Below, in pieces: positions 39,714 to 48,081 of a DNA stretch of 64,000 nt. The stretch spans positions 3,330-67,329 of IMG/VR virus record IMGVR_UViG_3300030397_000226. The stretch is one strand, 5' to 3'. The notes below the pieces were generated by a model. The model was given only the letters and a program-made list of their open reading frames with translations. It had not been told where the DNA came from and made no database searches. The DNA comes from a virus. A program made the translations under genes and the position numbers. Position 1 is the stretch's first letter, and each line of letters starts with the position of its first letter.

Positions 39714-40506
39714 GAAGGTGCGCAAAAAGAAAGTACTCAAAAAGCGCATCAAGAAGAAGGTCGTGAAGAAGACGCGGCCAGTGGTGAGGGAGAATCCGAA
39801 GGTGATTGCTCCTCCCCCGAGCGTCATCGGAATCATCGACGACGTAATCGAGGCAGACAAGGAAGTCGTTCGTTTCTTTCGGCCGTCCATGTTTCATGGG
39901 TGTCCGAGGGCGAACGTCTTTCACCACGTCATGGCTCCTCGCCACCCACAGCGAATCACCAACCGTCTACGTCGAATCCTCGACAACGGGAGCGCGGTTC
40001 ACGAGTGGGTGCAGGAGCACTACCTCTCTCGCCACCTCAAGTACTGGTTCATCAAAGAACCGAAGGTGCTCGCCAAAATCAACGGAGCCTATGTGCGCGG
40101 CTCCTGCGACGGTGTGTTCATCCGACGGAGCGACGGGTACCGATTCGGTATCGAGTTCAAAACGATTGGCCACACCTACTTCGAGCGACTCACGAAGCCG
40201 AAGCCCGAACACGTTCTTCAGGCGCGCATCTACATGCGACTCCAGAAGCTCGACTACATCGTCATCGTCTATTGGGACAAAGACAAGCAGTTCTTAAAGG
40301 AGTTCCCAGTCAAGGCTGACGATGCGGAATGGAAGAAAATCACCCAGCGAGTGAAGAAATTCAAAGGGTACGCGGACAAGTACGACGCTGCGAAGAACGA
40401 CCGCGATAGGGCCAAGGCTTTGCCTGTGTACAACCGTAAGGTTTGCGACCCCGACTTCTGTACATACACTGACTACTGCAAGAAGATGGGGGCTCCGCTC
40501 CCGTAA
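39700..40506 (+). CDS. Cas4/RecB-like PD-(D/E)XK exonuclease with probable Fe-S cysteines
   Basis: PSMFHGCPR, GSCDG...IEFKT, QARIYM, C-terminal CDPDFCTYTDYC (1+3 Cys layout). Confidence 0.85.
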   Translation: MSIVEKVRKKKVLKKRIKKKVVKKTRPVVRENPKVIAPPPSVIGIIDDVIEADKEVVRFFRPSMFHGCPRANVFHHVMAPRHPQRITNRLRRILDNGSAVHEWVQEHYLSRHLKYWFIKEPKVLAKINGAYVRGSCDGVFIRRSDGYRFGIEFKTIGHTYFERLTKPKPEHVLQARIYMRLQKLDYIVIVYWDKDKQFLKEFPVKADDAEWKKITQRVKKFKGYADKYDAAKNDRDRAKALPVYNRKVCDPDFCTYTDYCKKMGAPLP

Positions 40507-40520
40507 CGAAAGAATGAAAG

Positions 40521-40964
40521 ATGTCCAAACTGAAACTAATGTTTTTCTCATTGTTGATGGCACTGACCGTGGCAGGTTGTTCCGGTATGCCTCAGAAGGA
40601 GGTGATACTGCGGGACGCGACAACTCTGTCGAACGGGGCCGCTGTTACCATCTCCACTGCCCAGGCGACTGCGATGCTTCTGTACGAAGCACATCAGGTT
40701 GCGTACGTCGAGACGGAGGCGGCGAAGGAGGGGGCTACCAAGGCGAAAATTCGAGCTGGCCTTGAGCAGATTCGAGAGGACTGGGAACCCGTCAAGGAGT
40801 TGTTCAAACAAGCCATCGACGTTCACGGCGTTCTCACTGAACTCATTGAACGAGGAGACGACCTCATCACACTCGCGGAACAGACTAAGAAGCTGATGGA
40901 GCTTCAAGCCGAAATCGCTGACTTCATTTCCGACAAGCGGGAAGAAGTCTCCAATCTCAAATAG
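40521..40964 (+). CDS. Putative lipoprotein (helical)
   Basis: Signal peptide with lipobox LTVAG-C. Confidence 0.65.
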   Translation: MSKLKLMFFSLLMALTVAGCSGMPQKEVILRDATTLSNGAAVTISTAQATAMLLYEAHQVAYVETEAAKEGATKAKIRAGLEQIREDWEPVKELFKQAIDVHGVLTELIERGDDLITLAEQTKKLMELQAEIADFISDKREEVSNLK

Positions 40965-40977
40965 GAGGACCAGAGAA

Positions 40978-41184
40978 ATGACCATGCTAGTTGCATTTTT
41001 GAAGTTCATGGTGGGGATTGCCCCCGACATGTACGGCACCGTCAAGCACGCTCTTCGTGAGTGGAAAGAGCTAGATGACGCCAAAACGGAAGAACTCATC
41101 AAGGAAATTGAGCCCGCTGATTGGGGCGCAGTGGACAAAAAGGTCGACAACAAGGTAGACTCCCTGGACATCCCCGAGGAATAG
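40978..41184 (+). CDS. Hypothetical small protein
   Basis: AGGAGG leader; hydrophobic N-terminus. Confidence 0.55.
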   Translation: MTMLVAFLKFMVGIAPDMYGTVKHALREWKELDDAKTEELIKEIEPADWGAVDKKVDNKVDSLDIPEE

Positions 41185-41224
41185 CCCATCTTAGGGGAGC
41201 AACAGGTTGGTATTTGCCCGGAAT

Positions 41225-41284
41225 GGGGTGGGTGGTTCAGTTAGCGTTTTTGTTGTTTCCTTCGTTCGCTGAACCGCCCGCCTC
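41225..41284 (+). ncRNA. Candidate small RNA hairpin with anti-RBS loop (element A)
   Basis: 16-bp stem GGGGTGGGTGGTTCAG/CTGAACCGCCCGCCTC; loop TTTTTGTTGTTTCCTT. Confidence 0.5.
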
Positions 41285-41320
41285 GCTCTCTTCCAACTAG
41301 ACACAACAACAGACACAGCA

Positions 41321-41536
41321 ATGGCTAACTCAAACCTCAAGCGAGATAAGCGCATCGAAATCTGGCGCGGTAACTGGAACGCAATGTACGGCGCTCGACC
41401 CGAGCCCACTCGACGCGAAGACGGTTCACTCGTCATGTCTCCCAGCGTTCCGATGAACAACCCCGATGGGACTCCGATGACGCGCAAGCAACGTCGCAAG
41501 GTTTGGCGTGAGTCGAGAAAGTTGGCGCGGTCATGA
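41321..41536 (+). CDS. Hypothetical basic protein
   Basis: 71 aa; A/C-rich leader with no clear SD. Confidence 0.5.
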   Translation: MANSNLKRDKRIEIWRGNWNAMYGARPEPTRREDGSLVMSPSVPMNNPDGTPMTRKQRRKVWRESRKLARS

Positions 41537-41880
41537 GTGACGACAAGAACATGCCTATCCCCCTCGATACGAAGTTGGGGGAAATCACCATCCTACAGTT
41601 CGCGGACCTCCTGGAGTTCAAGGGAGACGTTCACCGTGCGCAGCTTGCCGAAAAAGAACGGATTCTATCTGAACGAGTCTTCGCGGACATTGACGGGGTG
41701 CGGAATCTCGCACACCCGTTTCGTATGCGCTCGAAGAAGGACGTACGCGAGTTCACGAAGCAGCTCGAAGAGTTCATCGACGCCTCCGAGAAAGGCGGCT
41801 CCCCGAAGTGCGAGTTCGTCGTCGCGATGGCGATTGTCTCACCCGATGGTGAAGTGACGAAGATGCCTTGGGATGAGTGA
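41533..41880 (+). CDS. Hypothetical protein
   Basis: ATGA-coupled on both sides. Confidence 0.55.
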   Translation: MSDDKNMPIPLDTKLGEITILQFADLLEFKGDVHRAQLAEKERILSERVFADIDGVRNLAHPFRMRSKKDVREFTKQLEEFIDASEKGGSPKCEFVVAMAIVSPDGEVTKMPWDE

Positions 41881-42368
41881 TGAAGCGTCTCAAGATAAAG
41901 AAGGCGGCGGACCCACTCAAGGCCGCTAAACAACGACTGCGCGAGCTACGTCTCCGCGCCCCGACACGGCCCGTCAACGACGACGGGACCGCTCTCAACC
42001 CACAACTCCCTCCTGACCTGACCGCGTTGAACGATGTCGAGATTGGACGACTCCACTCTCAGTTCGCGTGCATGGCTCAGTACGCCATAACGAGGCTGGC
42101 CATCATGGCGGTCGAGACTGCGGTGGCGAAGAAGGAAGAGAAGTTCGTGCGTGCGAAGGTGCGCACTGAGAAGTCTGGCACTGTTGCCGACAAGGACATG
42201 AAGGTAGACCTCGACAGGCGAACCAGGAGTGCGGGTCACCACACTCTGGTTGGCGAAAGCACTGAAGGGCTTACACGGGCAGTACTTGAGGGGTTCCTCA
42301 TTGGCCGTGATGCTACGTCGCGAGAGATGACCCGCCGGCACCGTACGGATTGGGGAAACAGGACGTAA
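41877..42368 (+). CDS. Hypothetical helical protein (possible recombination mediator)
   Basis: LPPDLTALNDVEIGRLHSQF then coiled coil; recombination neighbourhood; function is inference. Confidence 0.4.
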   Translation: MMKRLKIKKAADPLKAAKQRLRELRLRAPTRPVNDDGTALNPQLPPDLTALNDVEIGRLHSQFACMAQYAITRLAIMAVETAVAKKEEKFVRAKVRTEKSGTVADKDMKVDLDRRTRSAGHHTLVGESTEGLTRAVLEGFLIGRDATSREMTRRHRTDWGNRT

Positions 42369-42371
42369 CAC

Positions 42372-42713
42372 ATGGTTAACAAAGTACTAACAGATGAAGA
42401 TGTAGTTCCGGCACACAAGGAGCCGTACGAGTTTCGAGTGTCGAACAAGACCTCGGTCCACGACTTAGCGACAGGAATTCAGCGACACGTTGAAGAAGGG
42501 AAGTCGGTCGTGCTCTCGTGCATGGGCGTTGCTCCCAACTCAACTGCTGTGAAGGCGGTTGCGGTCGCGAACGGTCGTGTGGCTCCCCAAGGCTTCGTCT
42601 TCCTCATCATGCCCGCGTTCGGGTCAGCGATGGTCACCAACAAGGACCACCAAGGTGAAGTCGAGCGCACCACGATTCGGCATCAGATTGTCAAGTACAT
42701 CGTGGGGACGTGA
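42372..42713 (+). CDS. spoVS: SpoVS-family protein
   Basis: RVSNKT...LA..I........V.L...G......AVKAVAVANG.VAPQG......PAF.......ERT.I matches the SpoVS pattern over its full length. Confidence 0.85.
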   Translation: MVNKVLTDEDVVPAHKEPYEFRVSNKTSVHDLATGIQRHVEEGKSVVLSCMGVAPNSTAVKAVAVANGRVAPQGFVFLIMPAFGSAMVTNKDHQGEVERTTIRHQIVKYIVGT

Positions 42714-43207
42714 TGGCGAAAGCGTCACGGGACAAAGGGAAGAGAGGAGAACGCTGGCTAGCTACCAAACTGCGTGAATGGTTCCCCGAGTTCGCGAAGA
42801 GCATCGTACGAGGTCGGCAGTCTCGTGGGGCATCCAATGATGAACAGGACGTAAAATTTCCACTCATTTGGTGGGAGATGAAGTCCGGTAAGAAGCAGAA
42901 TCCACGCGCAGCGCTGGCCCAGGCGATTGAAGACGTAGCGACGAATGGAGGGGAGAAGATTCCCGTGGCCTGTGTCAAAGACGACAGGAAAGACGCATTC
43001 GTGGTTCTCCTATTGGATGACTTTTTGTTCCTACTCAAAGATGGGAACATGAAAGCCTTAAAGAAGGCTTACAGAAAGGAAACAACAGATGGCAGACGTA
43101 ACAAAGTATTACGAGATGGCGGCGGACGGGAAGTTCTATCTCGTCCTGGAGGACGAAGATGGAAACCCCGTATACGAGCCAGCCGACGAAAGTCTAAATC
43201 TCGTTGA
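42710..43207 (+). CDS. Holliday junction resolvase-like nuclease 2 (Hjc-type)
   Basis: SRDKGKRGER.LA..L, DV......EMKSGK, C-terminal VVLLLDDFLFLLK. Confidence 0.8.
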   Translation: MMAKASRDKGKRGERWLATKLREWFPEFAKSIVRGRQSRGASNDEQDVKFPLIWWEMKSGKKQNPRAALAQAIEDVATNGGEKIPVACVKDDRKDAFVVLLLDDFLFLLKDGNMKALKKAYRKETTDGRRNKVLRDGGGREVLSRPGGRRWKPRIRASRRKSKSR

Positions 43208-43670
43208 GATTGGGAAGACCGGAAAGTTCATTGAGGCCCGCGACCTCGCTGAGCTAGCCAAGCAGCGGGCAGCTGATAGTCACAAGGACTATTTCGAGGA
43301 CCCGACTAAGGCAAAGCAGCGAATGAAGTCGCAGGAAGCTCTCGCTCGTCAATTGGACGTTCTGAGTACGGACATGCGCGTACCTCCCACGGGACCGAAC
43401 GTACGCTACATCAAGGACGAGGAGTTCCTTGAGCTGCGGAAGACGTATGAGAAGGCACACGCTGTGGGGCAGGAGCGGGATTGCGACTTTCAGCCCCTCT
43501 CTTCGTACCACCACAAACTGACCACGAAGTCAGGGACCATCATTCGTCCCGTGTTCCAAGGCGAAGTAGGTATGGAAGGCCACACCATCCTCTGTCTGGA
43601 AGAAGGCTACGGAAAGGGTACTATGGTCGTTGGAGGTCTCGATGCCCAAGCAATACCCGAAGGGGAGTGA
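43089..43670 (+). CDS. Hypothetical protein
   Basis: AAGGAAACAACAG-ATG leader; 193 aa. Confidence 0.6.
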   Translation: MADVTKYYEMAADGKFYLVLEDEDGNPVYEPADESLNLVEIGKTGKFIEARDLAELAKQRAADSHKDYFEDPTKAKQRMKSQEALARQLDVLSTDMRVPPTGPNVRYIKDEEFLELRKTYEKAHAVGQERDCDFQPLSSYHHKLTTKSGTIIRPVFQGEVGMEGHTILCLEEGYGKGTMVVGGLDAQAIPEGE

Positions 43671-43872
43671 ATCCCGACTATCACGAGAAGGACTACGCGG
43701 TGCTCGTCTCGAAGGCACTGAGCACGAAGGCAAAGTGGTCAAGGACATTTGGGCACACAAGGAATCTCGACGACAACGAACCGTCAAGTTCACTGACGGG
43801 ACAGAGGCCAACATGGGAATCTTCGAGTTGGTCGGTCACCTGATTAAAGGACGAGTGAGGACAAAACGATGA
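43642..43872 (+). CDS. Hypothetical protein
   Basis: GGAGG before ATG; coupled to next gene. Confidence 0.4.
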   Translation: MPKQYPKGSESRLSREGLRGARLEGTEHEGKVVKDIWAHKESRRQRTVKFTDGTEANMGIFELVGHLIKGRVRTKR

Positions 43873-44327
43873 TGAGAAGCGGAATCAGCCCTGGGGCGGC
43901 CAAGCCCTGCAAAGACTGCCCTGGCAGTGACCCAGTAGAATCAATCAAAAAGTCAGCGACGTTTCTCGTCCAGGCTCACCAAGGGATGCAGGCCCTTTAC
44001 GGAACTCTCGCGACTCTCGCACGACAAGAGGGTGCAACTAAGGACGCGGAGGCTTACGAGAGAGCCGCTCAGCGTCACCAACAGATGGCAGAGTGGAGCG
44101 CTGAGGTTACGCTCCCAGATGGTGCAGAGGTAGACGAAGACGATGAAGACACTCTCAATGACACAAATCCACTTATGGCGACCGGAGATGGGAGCGGGTC
44201 TGGACCTGAAGCTCCTGAGGAAGGCAGCGGTGGCTCTAGCGGAGTACTCGACGGCGGGGAAAGCGGGAGTGAACATGGGGGACCCGAGGTACCTGGAGGT
44301 GGCCGGGTCGACGAAGAACCCGGTTGA
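43869..44327 (+). CDS. Hypothetical protein with acidic Gly-rich tail
   Basis: Helical N-terminus with CKDC; tail overlaps next ORF. Confidence 0.45.
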   Translation: MMRSGISPGAAKPCKDCPGSDPVESIKKSATFLVQAHQGMQALYGTLATLARQEGATKDAEAYERAAQRHQQMAEWSAEVTLPDGAEVDEDDEDTLNDTNPLMATGDGSGSGPEAPEEGSGGSSGVLDGGESGSEHGGPEVPGGGRVDEEPG

Positions 44328-44793
44328 GTCATTTCTCTACTGGTACCTCCTACATCTGGGGTACGGGGCGATGGCTCACGCCACTCTCATGCCCTGTACT
44401 CTGCCCTACGCATTTTGCGAGCAGTGGCAGACCGTTGGGACACTTCACGTCCCTTCCCCAGGTGACATCGTTCTATTGGCACACAAGGATGTGATTGCCG
44501 AAAAGACTGGACACAAAGGGTACCACGCTTGCGTGTGCGAATCGTGGGGGGACACCGAGTTCAAGTCCTACGACTACGGACAGTGGAACCAGATGTACAA
44601 TGTTCCGGGTGGCCGCAAGAACGTGCGCAAACTCGACAAGCCGTGGGTGTTCGAAACTCACCGCGTCATGGGGTGGGTGGACATCTCCAGACTCCCAATC
44701 ACTAAACCAGCGAAGCTGCCCGAGGGACTCGACATCGGCATCGCTGTTGACACAGAGAAAGAGTTCCATTTTTACACAGACAAGGACAACTGA
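44143..44793 (+). CDS. NlpC/P60/CHAP-like fold protein (catalytic Cys not evident)
   Basis: PSPGDIVLL ... GYHACV; adjacent to endolysin; start uncertain (44143/44158/44188). Confidence 0.45.
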   Translation: MKTLSMTQIHLWRPEMGAGLDLKLLRKAAVALAEYSTAGKAGVNMGDPRYLEVAGSTKNPVESFLYWYLLHLGYGAMAHATLMPCTLPYAFCEQWQTVGTLHVPSPGDIVLLAHKDVIAEKTGHKGYHACVCESWGDTEFKSYDYGQWNQMYNVPGGRKNVRKLDKPWVFETHRVMGWVDISRLPITKPAKLPEGLDIGIAVDTEKEFHFYTDKDN

Positions 44794-44796
44794 ATC

Positions 44797-45663
44797 ATGA
44801 GAACACTACGAGTAGGAATGCAAGGGGCCGACGTTGAGGCCCTTCAACACTTTGTGAACAACTACCTCGACCCCGACATCGGGGCTGACGGAGTGTTCGG
44901 GAGTAAAGAGACCAAGCCCGCCGTCATGAAGGTGCAGGCTATTGCGATGGAGAAAGGTCTCGACATTGGGGAAGACAAACCCGATGGCGTAGTTGGGAAG
45001 ATGACGACCGCTGCCTTCATGCAGATGGGGTGGGAGCCTGTCGGGTACACTCAGATTGAGGAGAAGGTCGACGAGAATTACGCGAAGCCTGACTACAAGG
45101 CTCTCCGTCAACACGAGCGCATCGCGAAGTTCGGTACTCCCGGCTCCATCGGCGAAGATGGTAAGTTCGTTCTGGATGAGAAGTTCCGCAAGGAGATTAC
45201 TTCAATTGATATTGCTGATTTTGTCACTCTCCCGAAGGATTTTGAGGGCTCAACCAAGCTGTTCCTGCACAAAAAGGTAAAGGGACAATGGAAGGCGATT
45301 CTCTCAGAGATTGAGGCACAAGGTCTGGGAAAAGATTTGCTGACCTGTGGAGGAAGTTGGGCGCCGCGATTCGTGCGCGGCTCACGGACGACTTTTTCGA
45401 GCCACGCATTCGGGACAGCTATCGACTTCAACGTCCCTTGGAACTACATGCGACAAACGCCCGCCCGAAAAGGAAAGAAGGGGTACCTCGGCAACATCGT
45501 CGCGATTTGCAAGCACTACAAAGTGTACAGCGGCGCGTGGTTCCGACGTCTCGACGGCATGCACCTAGAGAGTACGCATACCGACGAGGAGCTTGAGAAG
45601 ATGGGAGTCTTCAAAGGTACCAAGGAGCGACTGAAGAAGCTGGGCGAAGAGAAGGCGTCCTGA
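44797..45663 (+). CDS. Endolysin: peptidoglycan-binding domain + M15 peptidase
   Basis: LRVGMQGADVEALQ..DGVFG..DGVVGKMT; SSHAFGTAIDFN and DGMHLE zinc motifs. Confidence 0.9.
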   Translation: MRTLRVGMQGADVEALQHFVNNYLDPDIGADGVFGSKETKPAVMKVQAIAMEKGLDIGEDKPDGVVGKMTTAAFMQMGWEPVGYTQIEEKVDENYAKPDYKALRQHERIAKFGTPGSIGEDGKFVLDEKFRKEITSIDIADFVTLPKDFEGSTKLFLHKKVKGQWKAILSEIEAQGLGKDLLTCGGSWAPRFVRGSRTTFSSHAFGTAIDFNVPWNYMRQTPARKGKKGYLGNIVAICKHYKVYSGAWFRRLDGMHLESTHTDEELEKMGVFKGTKERLKKLGEEKAS

Positions 45664-46067
45664 TGGAGAAGTTGCGACTGAACATGAGAGCGACCGTTGA
45701 GTGCAAGTTCTCGGCGGCGCACCAGTTGGAAGGGCTGGGAGCGGACCACCCGTGTACGAGTCTTCACGGACACAACTACAAGGTGTGGATTACGTTCGAA
45801 GGGGAGCCTGACGAACTTGGGCTCATCATCGACTTCCGCTTGGTCAAGGACGTCATCAAGAAGATGTACGACCACAAGAACCTCAACGAGGTCATGCCTG
45901 GCCGAAACACCACAGCAGAGAATCTGTCGTTTGACGTGTTGCGCGTAATGAACGATGTGATTTTCAAGATGCAGGAAGAAGAGCGCGTCCGCGTCGTGCT
46001 GGTCGAGGTTCAGGAGACAGAGACGTCGAAGGTGCGTCTGGAGGTTGTACCTTATGAAGACGCTTAA
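45663..46067 (+). CDS. queD: 6-carboxy-5,6,7,8-tetrahydropterin synthase
   Basis: FSAAHQL....CTSLHGHNY, IIDF..VK, DHKNLN, TTAENL, VQETETS. Confidence 0.95.
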   Translation: MEKLRLNMRATVECKFSAAHQLEGLGADHPCTSLHGHNYKVWITFEGEPDELGLIIDFRLVKDVIKKMYDHKNLNEVMPGRNTTAENLSFDVLRVMNDVIFKMQEEERVRVVLVEVQETETSKVRLEVVPYEDA

Positions 46068-46734
46068 ATTGGTCGGTTTCCAGAAGCCCATCTTCTCCAC
46101 GGTTCAGGGTGAAGGACACCTGTCGGGTACTCCTTCGGTGTTCGTGCGCCTCCACGGTTGCGACTTCTCGTGCGAATGGTGTGATACCAAAGAGTCCTGG
46201 CGCGAGGGAAGCGACTACGACAATACGGACGTTGACGAAGTGATTGAGCTCATCAAGCTCAGTGGAATGGAGCATGTCGTCATCACTGGAGGGAATCCCA
46301 TCCTTCAGGGAGACTCGCTCCTCGACGTCGTACAGGAGCTGAAGGAGCACCACATCACCATCGAGACTCAGGCGTCCGTCTACCATGACATCGCCCGAGA
46401 CGCTGACCTCCTCAGCCTCTCCCCGAAACTCCACGACTGGCGTGAAGACGTCATTCAGGAGTTCCTGGATAACGCTCAAAGGGAGACGCAGTTCAAGGTG
46501 GTGGTGCCTTCGATGGGGGACCTACCCTCAGCACTTCGGAAGCTGGAGCGGGTGAACGAAATGAATCCGTACAAAACGGTTCACTATTTCATCCAACCGG
46601 AGTACAACGGCGGTCGTGCGCTGGTGAGGAGCATCATCGACTCGATTATCGAAAGTCGGTTCCTCGGTAGCATCAACCTTCCGAACCTGCGGGTCCTTCC
46701 TCAACTTCACAAAACGAGCCTCCACGTTGTCTAA
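46054..46734 (+). CDS. queE: 7-carboxy-7-deazaguanine synthase (radical SAM)
   Basis: FSTVQGEG..SGTPSVFVRLHGCDFSCEWCDT, VVITGGNP, LSLSPK, RVLPQLHK. Confidence 0.95.
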   Translation: MKTLKLVGFQKPIFSTVQGEGHLSGTPSVFVRLHGCDFSCEWCDTKESWREGSDYDNTDVDEVIELIKLSGMEHVVITGGNPILQGDSLLDVVQELKEHHITIETQASVYHDIARDADLLSLSPKLHDWREDVIQEFLDNAQRETQFKVVVPSMGDLPSALRKLERVNEMNPYKTVHYFIQPEYNGGRALVRSIIDSIIESRFLGSINLPNLRVLPQLHKTSLHVV

Positions 46735-47308
46735 GCCTGACCCCCTCGTCCGCGCTGTCCGAATGATGTTGGACGAAGCGGTCACCGTTAACGAGCCCGA
46801 GCTGCTTGACTTGAAGAACACGCCTCGGCGTGTGGCGAAGATGTACCGGAAGGAGTTGCTCTCATCGTACGAGTTCAACTCCGAGGTCGCTCTCAGAGAA
46901 AAATTCACCACGTTCCCCAGTCAGGGGAATCACGAGATGGTGACGGAATCGAACATCCAATTCTACTCACTATGTGCTCACCACATGTTGCCTTTCTTCG
47001 GCAAAGCTCACGTTGGGTACATTCCACACAACGAGATTGTTGGGCTGTCGAAGATTCCTCGTGTGGTCGAGTACTTCTCTCGTGCGTTACAGACTCAAGA
47101 GAGGTTCACGAGCCAGGTGGCCGACTTCCTCAACACCGAGCTTGACGCGGCGGGAGTGATTGTGATTACTGAAGCGCGTCACTTGTGTATGGAGATGAGG
47201 GGCATCGAAAAGCCTGAAACTGTGACTCGTGTTTCTGCGATTCGAGGGCGTGCTAGAGACCCCGTTGTGCGTGACGAATTTTATCGGTTGATTTCTTTGG
47301 GAAAATGA
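46727..47308 (+). CDS. folE: GTP cyclohydrolase I
   Basis: NTPRRVAKMY, FYSLCAHHMLPFFGKAHVGYIP, GLSKIPR, QTQER, ARHLCMEMRG. Confidence 0.95.
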   Translation: MSKPDPLVRAVRMMLDEAVTVNEPELLDLKNTPRRVAKMYRKELLSSYEFNSEVALREKFTTFPSQGNHEMVTESNIQFYSLCAHHMLPFFGKAHVGYIPHNEIVGLSKIPRVVEYFSRALQTQERFTSQVADFLNTELDAAGVIVITEARHLCMEMRGIEKPETVTRVSAIRGRARDPVVRDEFYRLISLGK

Positions 47309-47313
47309 CCTGA

Positions 47314-47342
47314 TTGACATTGACACGTCACAGTGACACAAT
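47314..47342 (+). promoter_or_regulatory. Sigma70-like promoter
   Basis: TTGACA-N17-CACAAT; spacer contains TGACAC-GTCA dyad. Confidence 0.65.
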
Positions 47343-47355
47343 GAACGAACTTACT

Positions 47356-47410
47356 GAATCCCGATTGACTGGTTTTGTTGTCCCTTTCCAGGCTTTCGGG
47401 ATTCGTTTTT
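47356..47410 (+). ncRNA. Candidate small RNA / leader hairpin with anti-RBS-like loop (element B)
   Basis: GAATCCCGA/TCGGGATTC and CTGG/CCAG stems; loop TTTTGTTGTCCCTTT; followed by GTTTTT. Confidence 0.5.
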
Positions 47411-47441
47411 CCAACCCATCATTCGATGAGGAGTAACAGAC

Positions 47442-48077
47442 ATGGCTAAGAAGAAGGCAACAAAGAAAACGACAAAGAAGGCTCCGAAGAAGAAGGCGCC
47501 TGTAAAGAAGAAGACGACCAAAAAAGCAACGAAGAAGACTGCGAAGAAGAAAACCACCAAAAAGAAGGCAACGAAGAAGACGGCCAAGAAAACCGTTGCC
47601 AAGAAGGCGTCCAAGAAAAAGACTTCTAAGAAGAAGGTTGCCAAGAAGACTTCAAAGAAAAAGGCAACTAAGAAGAAGCGCAAGCTCAAGGCTGGCGTCG
47701 TGAAGCAAACCAAGTCGGTTGAGTACCTGCGTGACGATGAGGGCAATATGTTCCGTCGCCGTCGTTCGCGTGCCAAGGAGTTGGATGAAGGTCCGACCGG
47801 CAAGGCGAAGCAGCTCATCACCGGACTCGATAAGCTGGAGATGGAAATCGAAGACCTCAAAGACAAGCAGCAGGAGAAATTCAAGCAGCTCGTCGAGGTC
47901 GAAGGGAACACGTTCCTCCATCCCGAGCGTGGACCCATGTCCATCATGCAGCGTAACGATGCGTACTACTGGCGTGTGAAACCGACTGGACGTTCCGCTG
48001 GTCAGGGCAGGCCCGTAGTGAACGAGTCCACTTTGGAAACAGTAGACGCGGAAGACGAAGAGGCAGGAGACTTCTGA
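47442..48077 (+). CDS. Histone H1-like Lys/Ala/Thr-rich protein with C-terminal globular part
   Basis: About 85 aa of KKATKK/KKTSKK repeats. Confidence 0.75.
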   Translation: MAKKKATKKTTKKAPKKKAPVKKKTTKKATKKTAKKKTTKKKATKKTAKKTVAKKASKKKTSKKKVAKKTSKKKATKKKRKLKAGVVKQTKSVEYLRDDEGNMFRRRRSRAKELDEGPTGKAKQLITGLDKLEMEIEDLKDKQQEKFKQLVEVEGNTFLHPERGPMSIMQRNDAYYWRVKPTGRSAGQGRPVVNESTLETVDAEDEEAGDF

Positions 48078-48081
48078 GCCA

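Noticed and set aside
39700-40506. Cas4-like gene as a sign of a CRISPR system
   Set aside because: No repeat-spacer array or other cas genes; solo Cas4-like exonucleases are common in phages
42372-42713. SpoVS as proof of a spore-forming Firmicute host
   Set aside because: SpoVS also occurs outside Firmicutes, and the lipoprotein style points elsewhere; host remains unresolved
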